Below, in pieces: positions 9,795 to 19,410 of a stretch of 52,056 nucleotides of DNA. Numbering within the stretch: position 1 is the first letter of the stretch; every line of letters starts with the position of its first letter. The notes under the pieces are model-generated. The model was not told the DNA's origin. It did no database searches and saw only the letters and a program-made list of their open reading frames with translations. Source of the stretch: an uncultured bacterium (GTDB lineage: Bacteria > Fidelibacterota > Marinisomatia > Marinisomatales > AB-629-J13); the NCBI GenBank assembly GCA_964518835.1, contig CAZFKU010000004.1, positions 1 to 52,056 on the forward strand, read 5' to 3'. Both the position numbers and the translations under genes were made by a program.

Positions 9795-10484
9795 TCAAAA
9801 CGAAATGGAAAGATTAAAATAAATTTCATCCATTGAGATTTGAACCGGTCTGAAGGATAAATGGATTTCACTGCCAGAATGTTTCCGGCTTAGATACAAC
9901 GCATCAATTCCGGAAATAATGTGATTCAATACAATACCCCCAATGAAAAATTTTCCCATGAGTAATAACTTGTCACTGCGAACTCTTTTTGATTCAAATA
10001 TTTCTTGTTGGGAGTCTGAATCCCAATTCCAGTCCCACTGCGGGTCTTCATAAGCAGAAACGGCATCAAAATCTCTCCAACGTAGATGTTCTGTTATAAA
10101 ATCCTCACGACTGTCATAATTGCCAATATCAACCCAAAATTGACGTGGTTTTTCTCCGGGACTTATTTCGCCGTGTTCCCTTGCAATTGCCTCATAAGTA
10201 TTTTCTTCTAATTCAGCTCCTAAAAAACTTCCTCCCATCCCAATCCAAAGAAGTGTTTCGGTGACAACAAAAATTTTTCCTCTTTTTGGTTCGTTTAAGG
10301 AATATTCACCCCAACCGGGAATCATCAATGATCTCCAGACATAATGAGAAGTACTCTGCTCTCCATCCGTTTGTCCGGGTATTCCGGTGAATGGAACAAT
10401 TAAACTAAATATGAATAAATAGGTTATATTTTTTTTGACCATGAAATTATTCCTGTACATAAAATAATAAATATTACACTGCAT
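9795..10484 (-). CDS. Hypothetical exported/membrane protein, DUF5683-like (start probably about 10442)
   Basis: Signal-like N-terminus, SL.IPGWGE motif, NH.IS.IDA, C-terminal alternating strand ending in Phe. Confidence 0.6.
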   Translation of the reverse strand: MQCNIYYFMYRNNFMVKKNITYLFIFSLIVPFTGIPGQTDGEQSTSHYVWRSLMIPGWGEYSLNEPKRGKIFVVTETLLWIGMGGSFLGAELEENTYEAIAREHGEISPGEKPRQFWVDIGNYDSREDFITEHLRWRDFDAVSAYEDPQWDWNWDSDSQQEIFESKRVRSDKLLLMGKFFIGGIVLNHIISGIDALYLSRKHSGSEIHLSFRPVQISMDEIYFNLSISF

Positions 10485-11935
10485 TTACCTAAAATATTTC
10501 CGAATTTTGTATAAATCGTTATTTTATTGGATAATGAAATATCCCCTTTAAATACCGCTCGTTCGCCTAACATTTTTTTTTCTAATATTTTTCCTGATGG
10601 TAAAATGATCCCGGAGATTCCTGTATTTGCACTTCTTACGATAGAACGCCGATTTTCAACGGCTCTCAATTTTGCAATTTCAAAATGTTGATAGGGTCCC
10701 GATGTTTTCCCAAGCCATCCGTCATTTGCCTGAACAGTTATAAATTCTGCTCCCTTCAATACAAATTTTCTAACGACTTCCGGTAAACTGGATTCATAAC
10801 AGATCAGATTTGAAAATGAAAAATTGTCAAATTGAAATAAAGTAAATTCTTTTCCTGCAGTAAAGTTCCCCTGACCAAAATTCAGATCATTTAGTTTAGG
10901 AAAATAACCAGATAATGGAACATATTCAGCGAAGGGTACTAATTTCACTTTATGATACATTTCAGGAGGTTCATGCGGTTGAAAAAAAATGGATCCATTG
11001 AAATAAAGAGGTTTTCCGTCCTCAGACTTTTCCCTGTCTATCGTTCCGGAAAATAAAGGTATTTTATTCATATTCACTTTTTCCTGAATTGGAGAACGGT
11101 CTTTTCCGGACAATCGTAAATAACTGGGTAAAGCGGTTTCCGGCCAGACGATCAAATCAGGTCCTAAATCCATCGCTTTATCCAGAAGTTGGTGCATGAG
11201 TTCGAACATTTGTTTTCGATTATCTCTTTCCCATTTTTCATTCGGATCTACAGATGGTTGTGTTACTGCCACATTTACGGAATTATCAACCGAATTATTA
11301 TCTAAATTGTTAATTTTCTGTAAACCAACCATCCAGAGAACAGAGACTATTCCAACAGCAGCAAGAGCATATTTCAATTTTCCGCTCTCAGACTCGTATG
11401 AGAAATACAATAGAACATTTAATATTAAAATCCAAAGTGAAATTCCAGAAGAACCCGTAACATCCAATAATTGGATCAGTGGTATAAATCTGGATTGAGT
11501 GAGAGCCAAATCTATCCATGGGAATCCTAAAGTCCCGAAACTTCTGATCCATTCCATTGCGATCCAAATCAGAGGAGAAAACCAGAGAAATACCTTTTTT
11601 TTCTGTAAAAATATGCAAAGAATTAATGTAAACAATCCCCAGAAAAGTGATAAATAAAAAACCGCACTAATAAGGGAAAGAAAAACAGGGAAAAATCCGG
11701 CTCCGCTGTTAAACCCAATCCAGTATAGGGTAATGAAATGAGCAGTAATTCCTCCTAAATAACCATATTTAAAGGCTTCTTTCAGATCGCATTCTTTCAA
11801 AGCAAGGAATAAGGGGATGAATCCAAACCAAGCCAGAAAACCAAGTGGCAGGGGCGGGTAAGATAGTCCGATGAGCACTCCGCTTAAAAGTGCAGGGAGT
11901 GATTTATGTTGACTGATGGTATTCAAAATACCCAA
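10424..11935 (-). CDS. lnt: Apolipoprotein N-acyltransferase
   Basis: Multi-TM N-terminus, GFPW, nitrilase triad WPETA / K..LVPFAEY / ICYES, NDGW, RAVENRR, RSANTGIS. Confidence 0.95.
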   Translation of the reverse strand: MGILNTISQHKSLPALLSGVLIGLSYPPLPLGFLAWFGFIPLFLALKECDLKEAFKYGYLGGITAHFITLYWIGFNSGAGFFPVFLSLISAVFYLSLFWGLFTLILCIFLQKKKVFLWFSPLIWIAMEWIRSFGTLGFPWIDLALTQSRFIPLIQLLDVTGSSGISLWILILNVLLYFSYESESGKLKYALAAVGIVSVLWMVGLQKINNLDNNSVDNSVNVAVTQPSVDPNEKWERDNRKQMFELMHQLLDKAMDLGPDLIVWPETALPSYLRLSGKDRSPIQEKVNMNKIPLFSGTIDREKSEDGKPLYFNGSIFFQPHEPPEMYHKVKLVPFAEYVPLSGYFPKLNDLNFGQGNFTAGKEFTLFQFDNFSFSNLICYESSLPEVVRKFVLKGAEFITVQANDGWLGKTSGPYQHFEIAKLRAVENRRSIVRSANTGISGIILPSGKILEKKMLGERAVFKGDISLSNKITIYTKFGNILGKCSVIFIILCTGIISWSKKI

Positions 11936-11940
11936 TCGAA

Positions 11941-12369
11941 TTATGGAACGTAAATAGATTTTTTCCGGTCAAGATAGTTTTGCAAAATAAGAGCAGCTGC
12001 AGTCTGATCGATAAGAGTTTTATTTTTTCCGGTATTTATATTTTGTTTTATAATTTCTTTTTTTGCGATAACTGTTGTTAATCTTTCATCTTCAAGGATT
12101 ACCCTGTAATTATTTTTTATTAATGAATCCGAAAATTCCCTCACTGACTTGGTTTGCTTTGTCTCTTTTCCATTCATCCCTAAAGGTAGTCCCAAAACAA
12201 TAGTCTCAATATCTAATTCCTTGACGATTTGATTAATGTTTTCCAGTAGGTTTTGGTTAGACTTATTTTTTATTGTTTTCAGAGGTGTAGCAATTATATG
12301 TAACGGATCCGACACTGCAAATCCGACCCGGCTTGAACCGTAATCTATGCTAAGAATTCTACCGTTCAT
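11941..12369 (-). CDS. ruvX: YqgF/RuvX family nuclease (pre-16S rRNA processing)
   Basis: IDYG..RVG.AVSD, VLGLP, DERLTT, ID..AA..ILQ.YLD. Confidence 0.93.
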   Translation of the reverse strand: MNGRILSIDYGSSRVGFAVSDPLHIIATPLKTIKNKSNQNLLENINQIVKELDIETIVLGLPLGMNGKETKQTKSVREFSDSLIKNNYRVILEDERLTTVIAKKEIIKQNINTGKNKTLIDQTAAALILQNYLDRKKSIYVP

Positions 12370-12382
12370 TAAAAATGATGAA

Positions 12383-14581
12383 TTATCTGCCTACTCTCTC
12401 AATAGAATCTATCCCCTTCAGGCGGGATGCTTTTTTTATAATTCTATCCAACTGCCGGAGGTTTCGAACCTGGATAATCAACATCATTTTCGCCAATCCA
12501 TGTACCACTTTCAGATCAAGACTGGTAATATTGATATTCTGACCTGAAATGCACTCAGTTAATTCTTTTAATGTTCCTTTTCGATCCACTCCGGTTACTT
12601 TTAAACGGACATTAAAAAAATCTTTGCGACCCACATTCCATTCAACCGGTACGAGTCTATCCGATTCTTCCTGCAATAAGGGAAGACTCTTACATGAAGA
12701 TTGATGAACGGTAATTCCTCTTCCCCGTGTGATAAATCCTACCATTTCATCTCCGGGTATGGGATTGCAGCATTTTCCAAAATGAACCATTAAATCCGTG
12801 ATTCCCTGCAATTTGATACCCCCGGTTTTTGATCGGGCATCTTCAATAAATTTCCGGTTTGATTCAAATTCCTCGTCAGAAACTTCTATTTCATTTTTGG
12901 GTCTCATTTTTCGAATGATTTGCTTGACGGTTATTTTACCATTTCCTATGGCTTCCATTAAATCATCCTTAGATTTATATCCAAAATCTGAGTGGGATTT
13001 CTGCACTTTTTTTAACAAGGAGCTTAATTTATTTCTCCTCAGGGATTTTTCTAAAATCTCAGTTCCGATATGAATACATTCCTCCCTTCGAATAGATTTT
13101 AGATAACGGTTAATATGCGTACGAGCTTTGGATGTCACCACAAATTTTAACCACCCATAACTTGGTTTTTGGGTTGAAGAAGTCAAAATCTCTACTCTAT
13201 CTCCATTTTTCAGCACTGTGTTGAGAGGAACCACCTTATGATTTATTTTTGATCCTAAACAGTGGAGTCCAACTTGTGTATGAATTTGAAAAGCAAAATC
13301 AATGATTGTTGCATTCTTCGGTAATTGAACTAAATCACCTTTGGGTGTGAACACAAATATTTCGTCATCAAATAAGTCAATTTTTAACAGGTGCATAAAT
13401 TCATTGGGGTCTGCAGTTTCACTTTGCAGTATATCCGTTAATTCTCTCAGCCATTTAACATTTTTGTCTAAATCAGTGGAAGTATTTTTTCCTTCTTTAT
13501 ATCGCCAATGGGCAGCAACACCAATCTCGGCTGTTTTATCCATCTTGCGGGTGCGGATTTGAATTTCAACCATATTTCCATGAGGTCCAATCACTGTAGT
13601 ATGTATGGATTGATATCCATTCGATTTTGGAGTTGCGATAAAATCTTTAAATCTTTCCTGCACAGGGGAATACAACTGATGAATCAACCCAAGGATGAGA
13701 TAGCATTGTTCAAGTTCATCCACTAAAACCCGAATTGCATACAAGTCATAAATTTCTTCAAAAGTTTTATCTCTATTAATCATTTTTCCAAAAATTGAAA
13801 AAACGGATTTTGGTCTTCCGAATATCTCTGCATTTAAATCAAATTCCTTTAATTCCTTCTGAATGGGATTGATGACTTGATTTATTACTTTTGCTCTCTG
13901 CTTTTTTGTCGCTTTCAGTTTGGATTTAATTTCCTTATGTTTCTTAGGATGAAGCGTTTCCATGACCATATCTTCCAACTCCCATTTTACAGACGCCATC
14001 CCCAGACGATGAGCAAGAGGGATATAAACATCCCTAGTTTCCCTGGCTATTCGGTGTTGCTTCAATCGGCTCATATAATGAAGCGTTTTCATATTGTGAA
14101 GTCTGTCTGCAAATTTAATCATCACAACACGCAGATCCTGAGCAACCGATAACAGTAATTTCATAAAATTGCCTGCCTGTTTATCCTGCCTGCTTGAGAA
14201 TTCTATATGTCCTAATTTGGTCACACCGTCAACCATTTGCGCTACATCTTCACCAAATTGCTTTTTAATCTGGTCAATGGAAATATCTGAGTCTTCCACC
14301 GTATCATGGAGTAATCCGCCTATAATGGTGTTATGGTCCATTTTCCAGTCTGCCAGAATATTAGCGACACTTACGCAATGTTCAGAAAAATAAGGTTTTC
14401 CAGAGAGCCGTTTCTGACCGGAATGGCAAGACTTTCCAAACTCATAAGCCCTCCACAAAATTTGCTTGATCTCATCTTCAGAAAATGAAGCGGAGATGGG
14501 GATTTTATTGAAAAGTGTTGTAAAAGATTTTGGATAATCTCCCACGATTTGGGGGATTAGACGACTGAGTGCATTCGCCAT
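12383..14581 (-). CDS. rel: Long bifunctional (p)ppGpp synthetase/hydrolase (Rel/SpoT)
   Basis: Intact HD motif (LLHDTVED), ADRLHNM, RFKDFIATPKSNGYQSIHT, TGS, KCCNPIPGD zinc finger, ACT domain. Confidence 0.96.
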   Translation of the reverse strand: MANALSRLIPQIVGDYPKSFTTLFNKIPISASFSEDEIKQILWRAYEFGKSCHSGQKRLSGKPYFSEHCVSVANILADWKMDHNTIIGGLLHDTVEDSDISIDQIKKQFGEDVAQMVDGVTKLGHIEFSSRQDKQAGNFMKLLLSVAQDLRVVMIKFADRLHNMKTLHYMSRLKQHRIARETRDVYIPLAHRLGMASVKWELEDMVMETLHPKKHKEIKSKLKATKKQRAKVINQVINPIQKELKEFDLNAEIFGRPKSVFSIFGKMINRDKTFEEIYDLYAIRVLVDELEQCYLILGLIHQLYSPVQERFKDFIATPKSNGYQSIHTTVIGPHGNMVEIQIRTRKMDKTAEIGVAAHWRYKEGKNTSTDLDKNVKWLRELTDILQSETADPNEFMHLLKIDLFDDEIFVFTPKGDLVQLPKNATIIDFAFQIHTQVGLHCLGSKINHKVVPLNTVLKNGDRVEILTSSTQKPSYGWLKFVVTSKARTHINRYLKSIRREECIHIGTEILEKSLRRNKLSSLLKKVQKSHSDFGYKSKDDLMEAIGNGKITVKQIIRKMRPKNEIEVSDEEFESNRKFIEDARSKTGGIKLQGITDLMVHFGKCCNPIPGDEMVGFITRGRGITVHQSSCKSLPLLQEESDRLVPVEWNVGRKDFFNVRLKVTGVDRKGTLKELTECISGQNINITSLDLKVVHGLAKMMLIIQVRNLRQLDRIIKKASRLKGIDSIERVGR

Positions 14582-15942
14582 TAAAAAGGTACCGGTACTT
14601 CTTCCTTGTGATAGGATAAATCTTTAAAACTGGTATATCGAGAGGTGAACGCTGCCATAACCGTCCGAACAGGGCCGTTTCTTTGTTTAGCGACAATGAT
14701 TTGAACTTTACCATCATCCTCCTCTTCCTGAGTATAAAGGTATGGTCGATACAGGAAAATGACTACATCTGCATCCTGTTCTATGGCACCGCTTTCCCGC
14801 AGATCCGACAGGAGCGGTATGCGGTTACTGCGATTTTCCACTGCCCTGGAAAGCTGGGAAAGTGCGATGACCGGAAGATTCAATTCCTTCGCCAATCCTT
14901 TTAAGGATCGGGATATACTCGAAATTTCCTGCTGACGACTTTCCGAATCAGGACCCTGCATTAATTGCAAATAATCCACAACAACAAGCCCAATGTCTTT
15001 CTCTGCTTTGATCCTTCGAGCTTTTGCCCGTAATTCCAACACAGAAATTCCCGGTGTATCATCGAGATAAATAGGCGCTTCAGCTAATATTCCTACGTTT
15101 GTGCTCAAATTTACCCACTGATTTTTGGGAAGATTCCCGGTACGAACCAGATGACTATCCACTCTAGCTTCGGTACAAAGTAGTCTCATAGCTAATTGGC
15201 TGTTCGCCATTTCAAGACTGAAAAAACCGACTCCTACATCATGATCAATACTTGCGTTTCGGGCAATATTTAGAGCTAGGGCAGTTTTTCCCATGGAAGG
15301 TCTGCCTGCAAGGACAATTAAATCCCCGGGATGAAATCCTGCAGTTACATCATCCAAATCAGTCAATCCCGAAGGAACCCCAATGACTCCACCTTCTTTG
15401 GATGCTATGGAATCCAGATGCTCAAATGATTCATGCAATATTCTATCAATGGGTTGGAACCCGCCTCTTAATCCTGATTGAGTAATGGAAAATATTGACT
15501 GCTCAACCCGATCTAAAATTTCCTCTGCTTTGCGTTGGTCATCATAAGCTTCATTGGATAATTCCTGTGCAACTTTAATTAACTGCCTCAATAAAGATTT
15601 TTCCAAAACGATTTTCGAATAGCTTTCAACATTTGCAGTTGTCGGAATGGATTCAACCAAACCAGTCAGAAAATAGGCTCCTCCCACCGATTCAAGGATT
15701 TTTTTCTTTTTAAGGATGTCCGATACAGAAATTGTATCAATTTGCTCATTATCATTGAACAATGAAACCATCGCAGAAAAAATCTTTTGATGTGCTATCT
15801 TGTAAAAATGGTCAGGTGTTAACCATTGAAGCGCCTTACTCACAGCTTCCCTGCTGGAAAGCATGGAACCCAGTACAGCCGCCTCCGCTTCCAAGGACTG
15901 AGGTGGTGCTTTTAAAAGAGTATTCTGGTTTTCTTTTGCCAT
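14581..15942 (-). CDS. dnaB: Replicative DNA helicase
   Basis: PPQS.EAE.AVLG, GRPSMGKT, FSLEM, VDYLQLM, LSQLSR, DLRESGAIEQDAD, KQRNGP; no intein. Confidence 0.97.
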   Translation of the reverse strand: MAKENQNTLLKAPPQSLEAEAAVLGSMLSSREAVSKALQWLTPDHFYKIAHQKIFSAMVSLFNDNEQIDTISVSDILKKKKILESVGGAYFLTGLVESIPTTANVESYSKIVLEKSLLRQLIKVAQELSNEAYDDQRKAEEILDRVEQSIFSITQSGLRGGFQPIDRILHESFEHLDSIASKEGGVIGVPSGLTDLDDVTAGFHPGDLIVLAGRPSMGKTALALNIARNASIDHDVGVGFFSLEMANSQLAMRLLCTEARVDSHLVRTGNLPKNQWVNLSTNVGILAEAPIYLDDTPGISVLELRAKARRIKAEKDIGLVVVDYLQLMQGPDSESRQQEISSISRSLKGLAKELNLPVIALSQLSRAVENRSNRIPLLSDLRESGAIEQDADVVIFLYRPYLYTQEEEDDGKVQIIVAKQRNGPVRTVMAAFTSRYTSFKDLSYHKEEVPVPF

Positions 15943-16628
15943 TAGCTTTTATTTCGAATGAAATCCTGGATAAATTGAAAGTCTTCCCAGGCAAATCTTT
16001 TTAAATTGGGATTACGTAACAAAGCAGCAGGGTGATAAGTTACCAGAAGAGGTGTTCCGTGATAATCATGCAATCTTCCTCTCATGGATTTGAGAGGTTC
16101 ATTAATTCGTAACAATGTTGTTCCGGAAATTCTACCCAATGCAACAATGAGCTTTGGTTTGATCAAATTGATCTGATGCAGAAGATAAGGTTCGCATTTT
16201 TCCACTTCGTCCGGTAGTGGATCTCGGTTTTGCGGAGGTCTGCATTTTAACACATTGCAGATATACACATTTTTATGACGGGTCATTTTGATTGCGGATA
16301 ATATTTTATCGAGCAATTTTCCTGCTCTCCCCACAAATGGTTCTCCTTTCAGGTCTTCTTCCTTTCCAGGTGCTTCCCCAACAAACATCAGATCCGCATG
16401 GGGATCACCAACACCAAATACAAATTTATTCCTGAGTCGTCCTAAATTACATTCCTGACATGTGGAAATAGAATTTCCAAATTCATCCAACCGGGGAGAG
16501 AAAGAATGACCTGAATGTGTACTTCCTGATCCGTTTTTGGGTAAACATCCATACAATGAAGAACCGAAAAGACCTTTAGTCTGTTCTAAAAAACGGACAG
16601 TATCCTTTTCCAGTTTGGAATTCGTCAA
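15942..16628 (-). CDS. udg: Uracil-DNA glycosylase family 4 (Fe-S)
   Basis: [36 protein letters not shown]. Confidence 0.93.
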   Translation of the reverse strand: MTNSKLEKDTVRFLEQTKGLFGSSLYGCLPKNGSGSTHSGHSFSPRLDEFGNSISTCQECNLGRLRNKFVFGVGDPHADLMFVGEAPGKEEDLKGEPFVGRAGKLLDKILSAIKMTRHKNVYICNVLKCRPPQNRDPLPDEVEKCEPYLLHQINLIKPKLIVALGRISGTTLLRINEPLKSMRGRLHDYHGTPLLVTYHPAALLRNPNLKRFAWEDFQFIQDFIRNKS

Positions 16629-16630
16629 TG

Positions 16631-16909
16631 TCAGCTGACTTCCTCTTTCACTGACTTACTCCAATCCAAATCACCGCTTAAAAATTCCTCTACAGCAACG
16701 CTGGATGGTTTATCTGAATGAATAATTGATTCCTTTTCAGGGATTTCATCTAATACACCCAATTCCTCTTCGGTGTTTTCATGCAACATTTTTTCCACCA
16801 GTCTGTCATGCAAAACCTGACGTGCCCGGTGAGAAATAACCACAACTGCTTCGTAAATATTCTTTGTTTTGGATTCAAGCTCTTTAAAAGAGATCGATTT
16901 AATATTCAT
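16631..16909 (-). CDS. rpoZ: RNA polymerase omega subunit
   Basis: NIYEAVVVIS.RARQ and KP...A.EEF; follows gmk. Confidence 0.85.
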   Translation of the reverse strand: MNIKSISFKELESKTKNIYEAVVVISHRARQVLHDRLVEKMLHENTEEELGVLDEIPEKESIIHSDKPSSVAVEEFLSGDLDWSKSVKEEVS

Positions 16910-17474
16910 GTATTTTTCCTTTTAGTTCTGTTAAAATAATATGTTTTAATTCTTTTATTGCTGTGTCCAGATCATCGTTAATTAAACTGACATCAAACAT
17001 TTTTCCATATTCCAGTTCCATATGAATACGGGTTAATCTTTTTTTAATCAGTGCTTTATCATCTGTTCCCCTATTTTCCAATCTCAATCGTAAGGCGTCT
17101 TCATTCGGAGGTTTCACAAAGATAGAAAGCGTTTGTTCAGGATATAATTTTTTAATAGCCATGGCTCCTTTTACATCCAATTCCAACAACAATGGATTTC
17201 CCTTTATCATTGAGTCTTTCAAAGAAGTTTTCAGCGTACCGTAAAAATGACCATGTACATCTTCGTATTCAGCGAGTTGTCCTTTATCAATCATGAATTG
17301 AAATTCAGAATGACTGATAAAATGATAATCCACTCCATCAATTTCATTTTCTCTCTGAGGTCTGGTCGTATATGAAACTGAAAAAGACAGATCAGGAATT
17401 TCCTTGAGAATCGCTTTACATAAAGTAGATTTCCCTGTACCGGAAGGAGCAGATATGGTGAATATCAACTTCAT
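16899..17474 (-). CDS. gmk: Guanylate kinase
   Basis: SAPSGTGKST, SYTTR.QR..E.DGVDYHF, YGT, L..RL..RGTD. Confidence 0.96.
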   Translation of the reverse strand: MKLIFTISAPSGTGKSTLCKAILKEIPDLSFSVSYTTRPQRENEIDGVDYHFISHSEFQFMIDKGQLAEYEDVHGHFYGTLKTSLKDSMIKGNPLLLELDVKGAMAIKKLYPEQTLSIFVKPPNEDALRLRLENRGTDDKALIKKRLTRIHMELEYGKMFDVSLINDDLDTAIKELKHIILTELKGKIHEY

Positions 17475-18334
17475 AAAATATTTTGAATTTGTTCCCTAAT
17501 TTTTTCTATTCTGGATTTCAGGTCAATGACATCCCGGCTTATGGTAACATCTGCGGCTTTTACACCTAAAGTATTGACTTCCCTGCTTAGTTCCTGAGTA
17601 AGAAAATTCAACCGTTTTCCAACCGGTTCATCCAATTTCATCAATTGTTTGAATTGGTCCACATGGCTTAAAACGCGGGATAATTCTTCCGAAACATCTG
17701 TTTTATCAGCCAGTATTCCAATTTCCATGGTCAGTCGGGATTCTTCCAGGGGCATTCCATTAATCAATTCCTTGATCTTTTCCCTGTACTTATTGATTTT
17801 CTTATCAATCAACTTAATTATTTTTTCTTTTAATCCTTCAATTAATCCGGTTATTTCATCCAATAAAGATGTCAAATGTTCCGCAGTTTTTTTCCCTTCT
17901 TTTATCCTCATTGAATCCACCTGATTCAATGCTGAATTTATGGCAGTTATAATTTCTGAATTATCCATCTTAATCTCGGCACCGTCCATAAACAGATCTT
18001 TTGTGGTTATTACATCGGTCATATTCATGTGTTTGCCATATTTTTTTTGGATGGTGGATAATATATTGTCAATTTGTTCAAATCTCTCCTGATTAAATTG
18101 AACAGGGTTTTTTCCACTCATTCGAAGATCTAAATTGACATTCAGCTGAATACTCCCTCTTTTCAACTTTTCTCTGATCTCATTACGGATGGAAAGGTCT
18201 AACTCCAGGTAGCCGTCCATACCGAATAATTTGATGTCTAAATACCTCGAATTCAAAGCACGAATTGTAACGGTACACATCCCATTTTCCAATTGGGCAG
18301 TTCCCTGACCAAATCCTGACATGCTTTTAATCAT
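17471..18334 (-). CDS. yicC: YicC/YloC family endoribonuclease
   Basis: MIKSMSGFG, NSRYLD, D.SEEL.R..SH, GKRLNFL.QE..RE.NT.G.K, EKIREQIQNI. Confidence 0.93.
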   Translation of the reverse strand: MIKSMSGFGQGTAQLENGMCTVTIRALNSRYLDIKLFGMDGYLELDLSIRNEIREKLKRGSIQLNVNLDLRMSGKNPVQFNQERFEQIDNILSTIQKKYGKHMNMTDVITTKDLFMDGAEIKMDNSEIITAINSALNQVDSMRIKEGKKTAEHLTSLLDEITGLIEGLKEKIIKLIDKKINKYREKIKELINGMPLEESRLTMEIGILADKTDVSEELSRVLSHVDQFKQLMKLDEPVGKRLNFLTQELSREVNTLGVKAADVTISRDVIDLKSRIEKIREQIQNIL

Positions 18335-18358
18335 TTTTCATTCCGAATACAGTCTCTA

Positions 18359-18387
18359 AAATTATTACTGTAATTTGACCTATTCAA
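18359..18387 (-). promoter_or_regulatory. Candidate sigma70 promoter for yicC-gmk-rpoZ
   Basis: Minus strand TTGAAT-17 nt-TAATTT in the intergenic gap; the AT-rich context lowers specificity. Confidence 0.4.
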
Positions 18388-18402
18388 TTGTTTTAATTGT
18401 CA

Positions 18403-19410
18403 TTATTGAAACCATTTTTTCATTGTTTCAACATCTATCAAAAAGGTGAAAACATGACCATTTGAATTTTCACCCCATCCTTGTTTTGAGCTCAAAGTGT
18501 AATTTAATGTGTTTTTTCCCGAAGTCATGCTGAATCCCGTTGACAGTCTTCCTTTACCGGACCTTCCGATTCTCAATGCGAATATTTCATCTGCATTCAA
18601 TTCAAATCCGTAACGAACGATACCACCATGACCATGAACGTGAAAATCATCGTCAAGTGTTCGTTCATCAATTTGAAGTCCACAATCAAAGAATAAATTG
18701 ATTTCACTCCAAGAATTCCGGAAAATAGGTGTCATGCTTCCACCAATAAAAATTTCAGGTTTCATAAATTCTTTTATTCCGGAAGACCATTTCATAGGTA
18801 GAATTGTAATATTTTTCACTTCCATCCCCACAGAGATAGATGAATTCCATTCTCTAAAAATTCCTCCATTTACAGTAAATCCATAACCATTTTCATCCAA
18901 AATTGAAGTGAAGTGTGATTGAAATCCCATCCCAATCATCCAGTCATTCCATTCAACCCCATTTTGGAACAATAATCCAAATCGATGCTGATTAAAAAAA
19001 GAAATCTGATTGGTATTCAGTCTTTCGTTTGGATTTAACATTCCATCCCCATTCCAATCATTTAGAGCAAAACGGGTGTCCGGAATCTTGGTTGCTCCTT
19101 CGTGAATAAATATGATATTTACAGGATAGGAGATGCTTTGATAGGTAAATAATTGTCTGGATAGAGTACCGGAGAATCGGGATTCACTTGAGAATAAAAA
19201 AGTCCCCGGTTTGAATTGATTCCTTCGTGCAGGGTTGGTTAATCCTGCGTCCTGAGAAAACCGGGCTCCGGTAAGTGCATTCCCAACTGCCAGAGCCGGG
19301 GCATCGATGACGGTGTTAAAAACAGAATTACCGGCATTTAAATTGGAAATAAAGATCAAAATGGAGAGAGTGATAAACAAAATGATATTTTTGATAATTT
19401 GGTTTTTCAT
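18403..19410 (-). CDS. Putative outer-membrane beta-barrel, PorV/FadL-like
   Basis: Signal peptide, A.ALAVGNA...NPA hatch-like motif, then amphipathic beta-strands (G.G...N.G, G.EVKNI, RYG.E, ALR.G). Confidence 0.6.
   Translation of the reverse strand: MKNQIIKNIILFITLSILIFISNLNAGNSVFNTVIDAPALAVGNALTGARFSQDAGLTNPARRNQFKPGTFLFSSESRFSGTLSRQLFTYQSISYPVNIIFIHEGATKIPDTRFALNDWNGDGMLNPNERLNTNQISFFNQHRFGLLFQNGVEWNDWMIGMGFQSHFTSILDENGYGFTVNGGIFREWNSSISVGMEVKNITILPMKWSSGIKEFMKPEIFIGGSMTPIFRNSWSEINLFFDCGLQIDERTLDDDFHVHGHGGIVRYGFELNADEIFALRIGRSGKGRLSTGFSMTSGKNTLNYTLSSKQGWGENSNGHVFTFLIDVETMKKWFQ

Noticed and set aside
14581-15942. Possible intein in DnaB
   Set aside because: The length is normal (453 aa) and the helicase motifs are contiguous.
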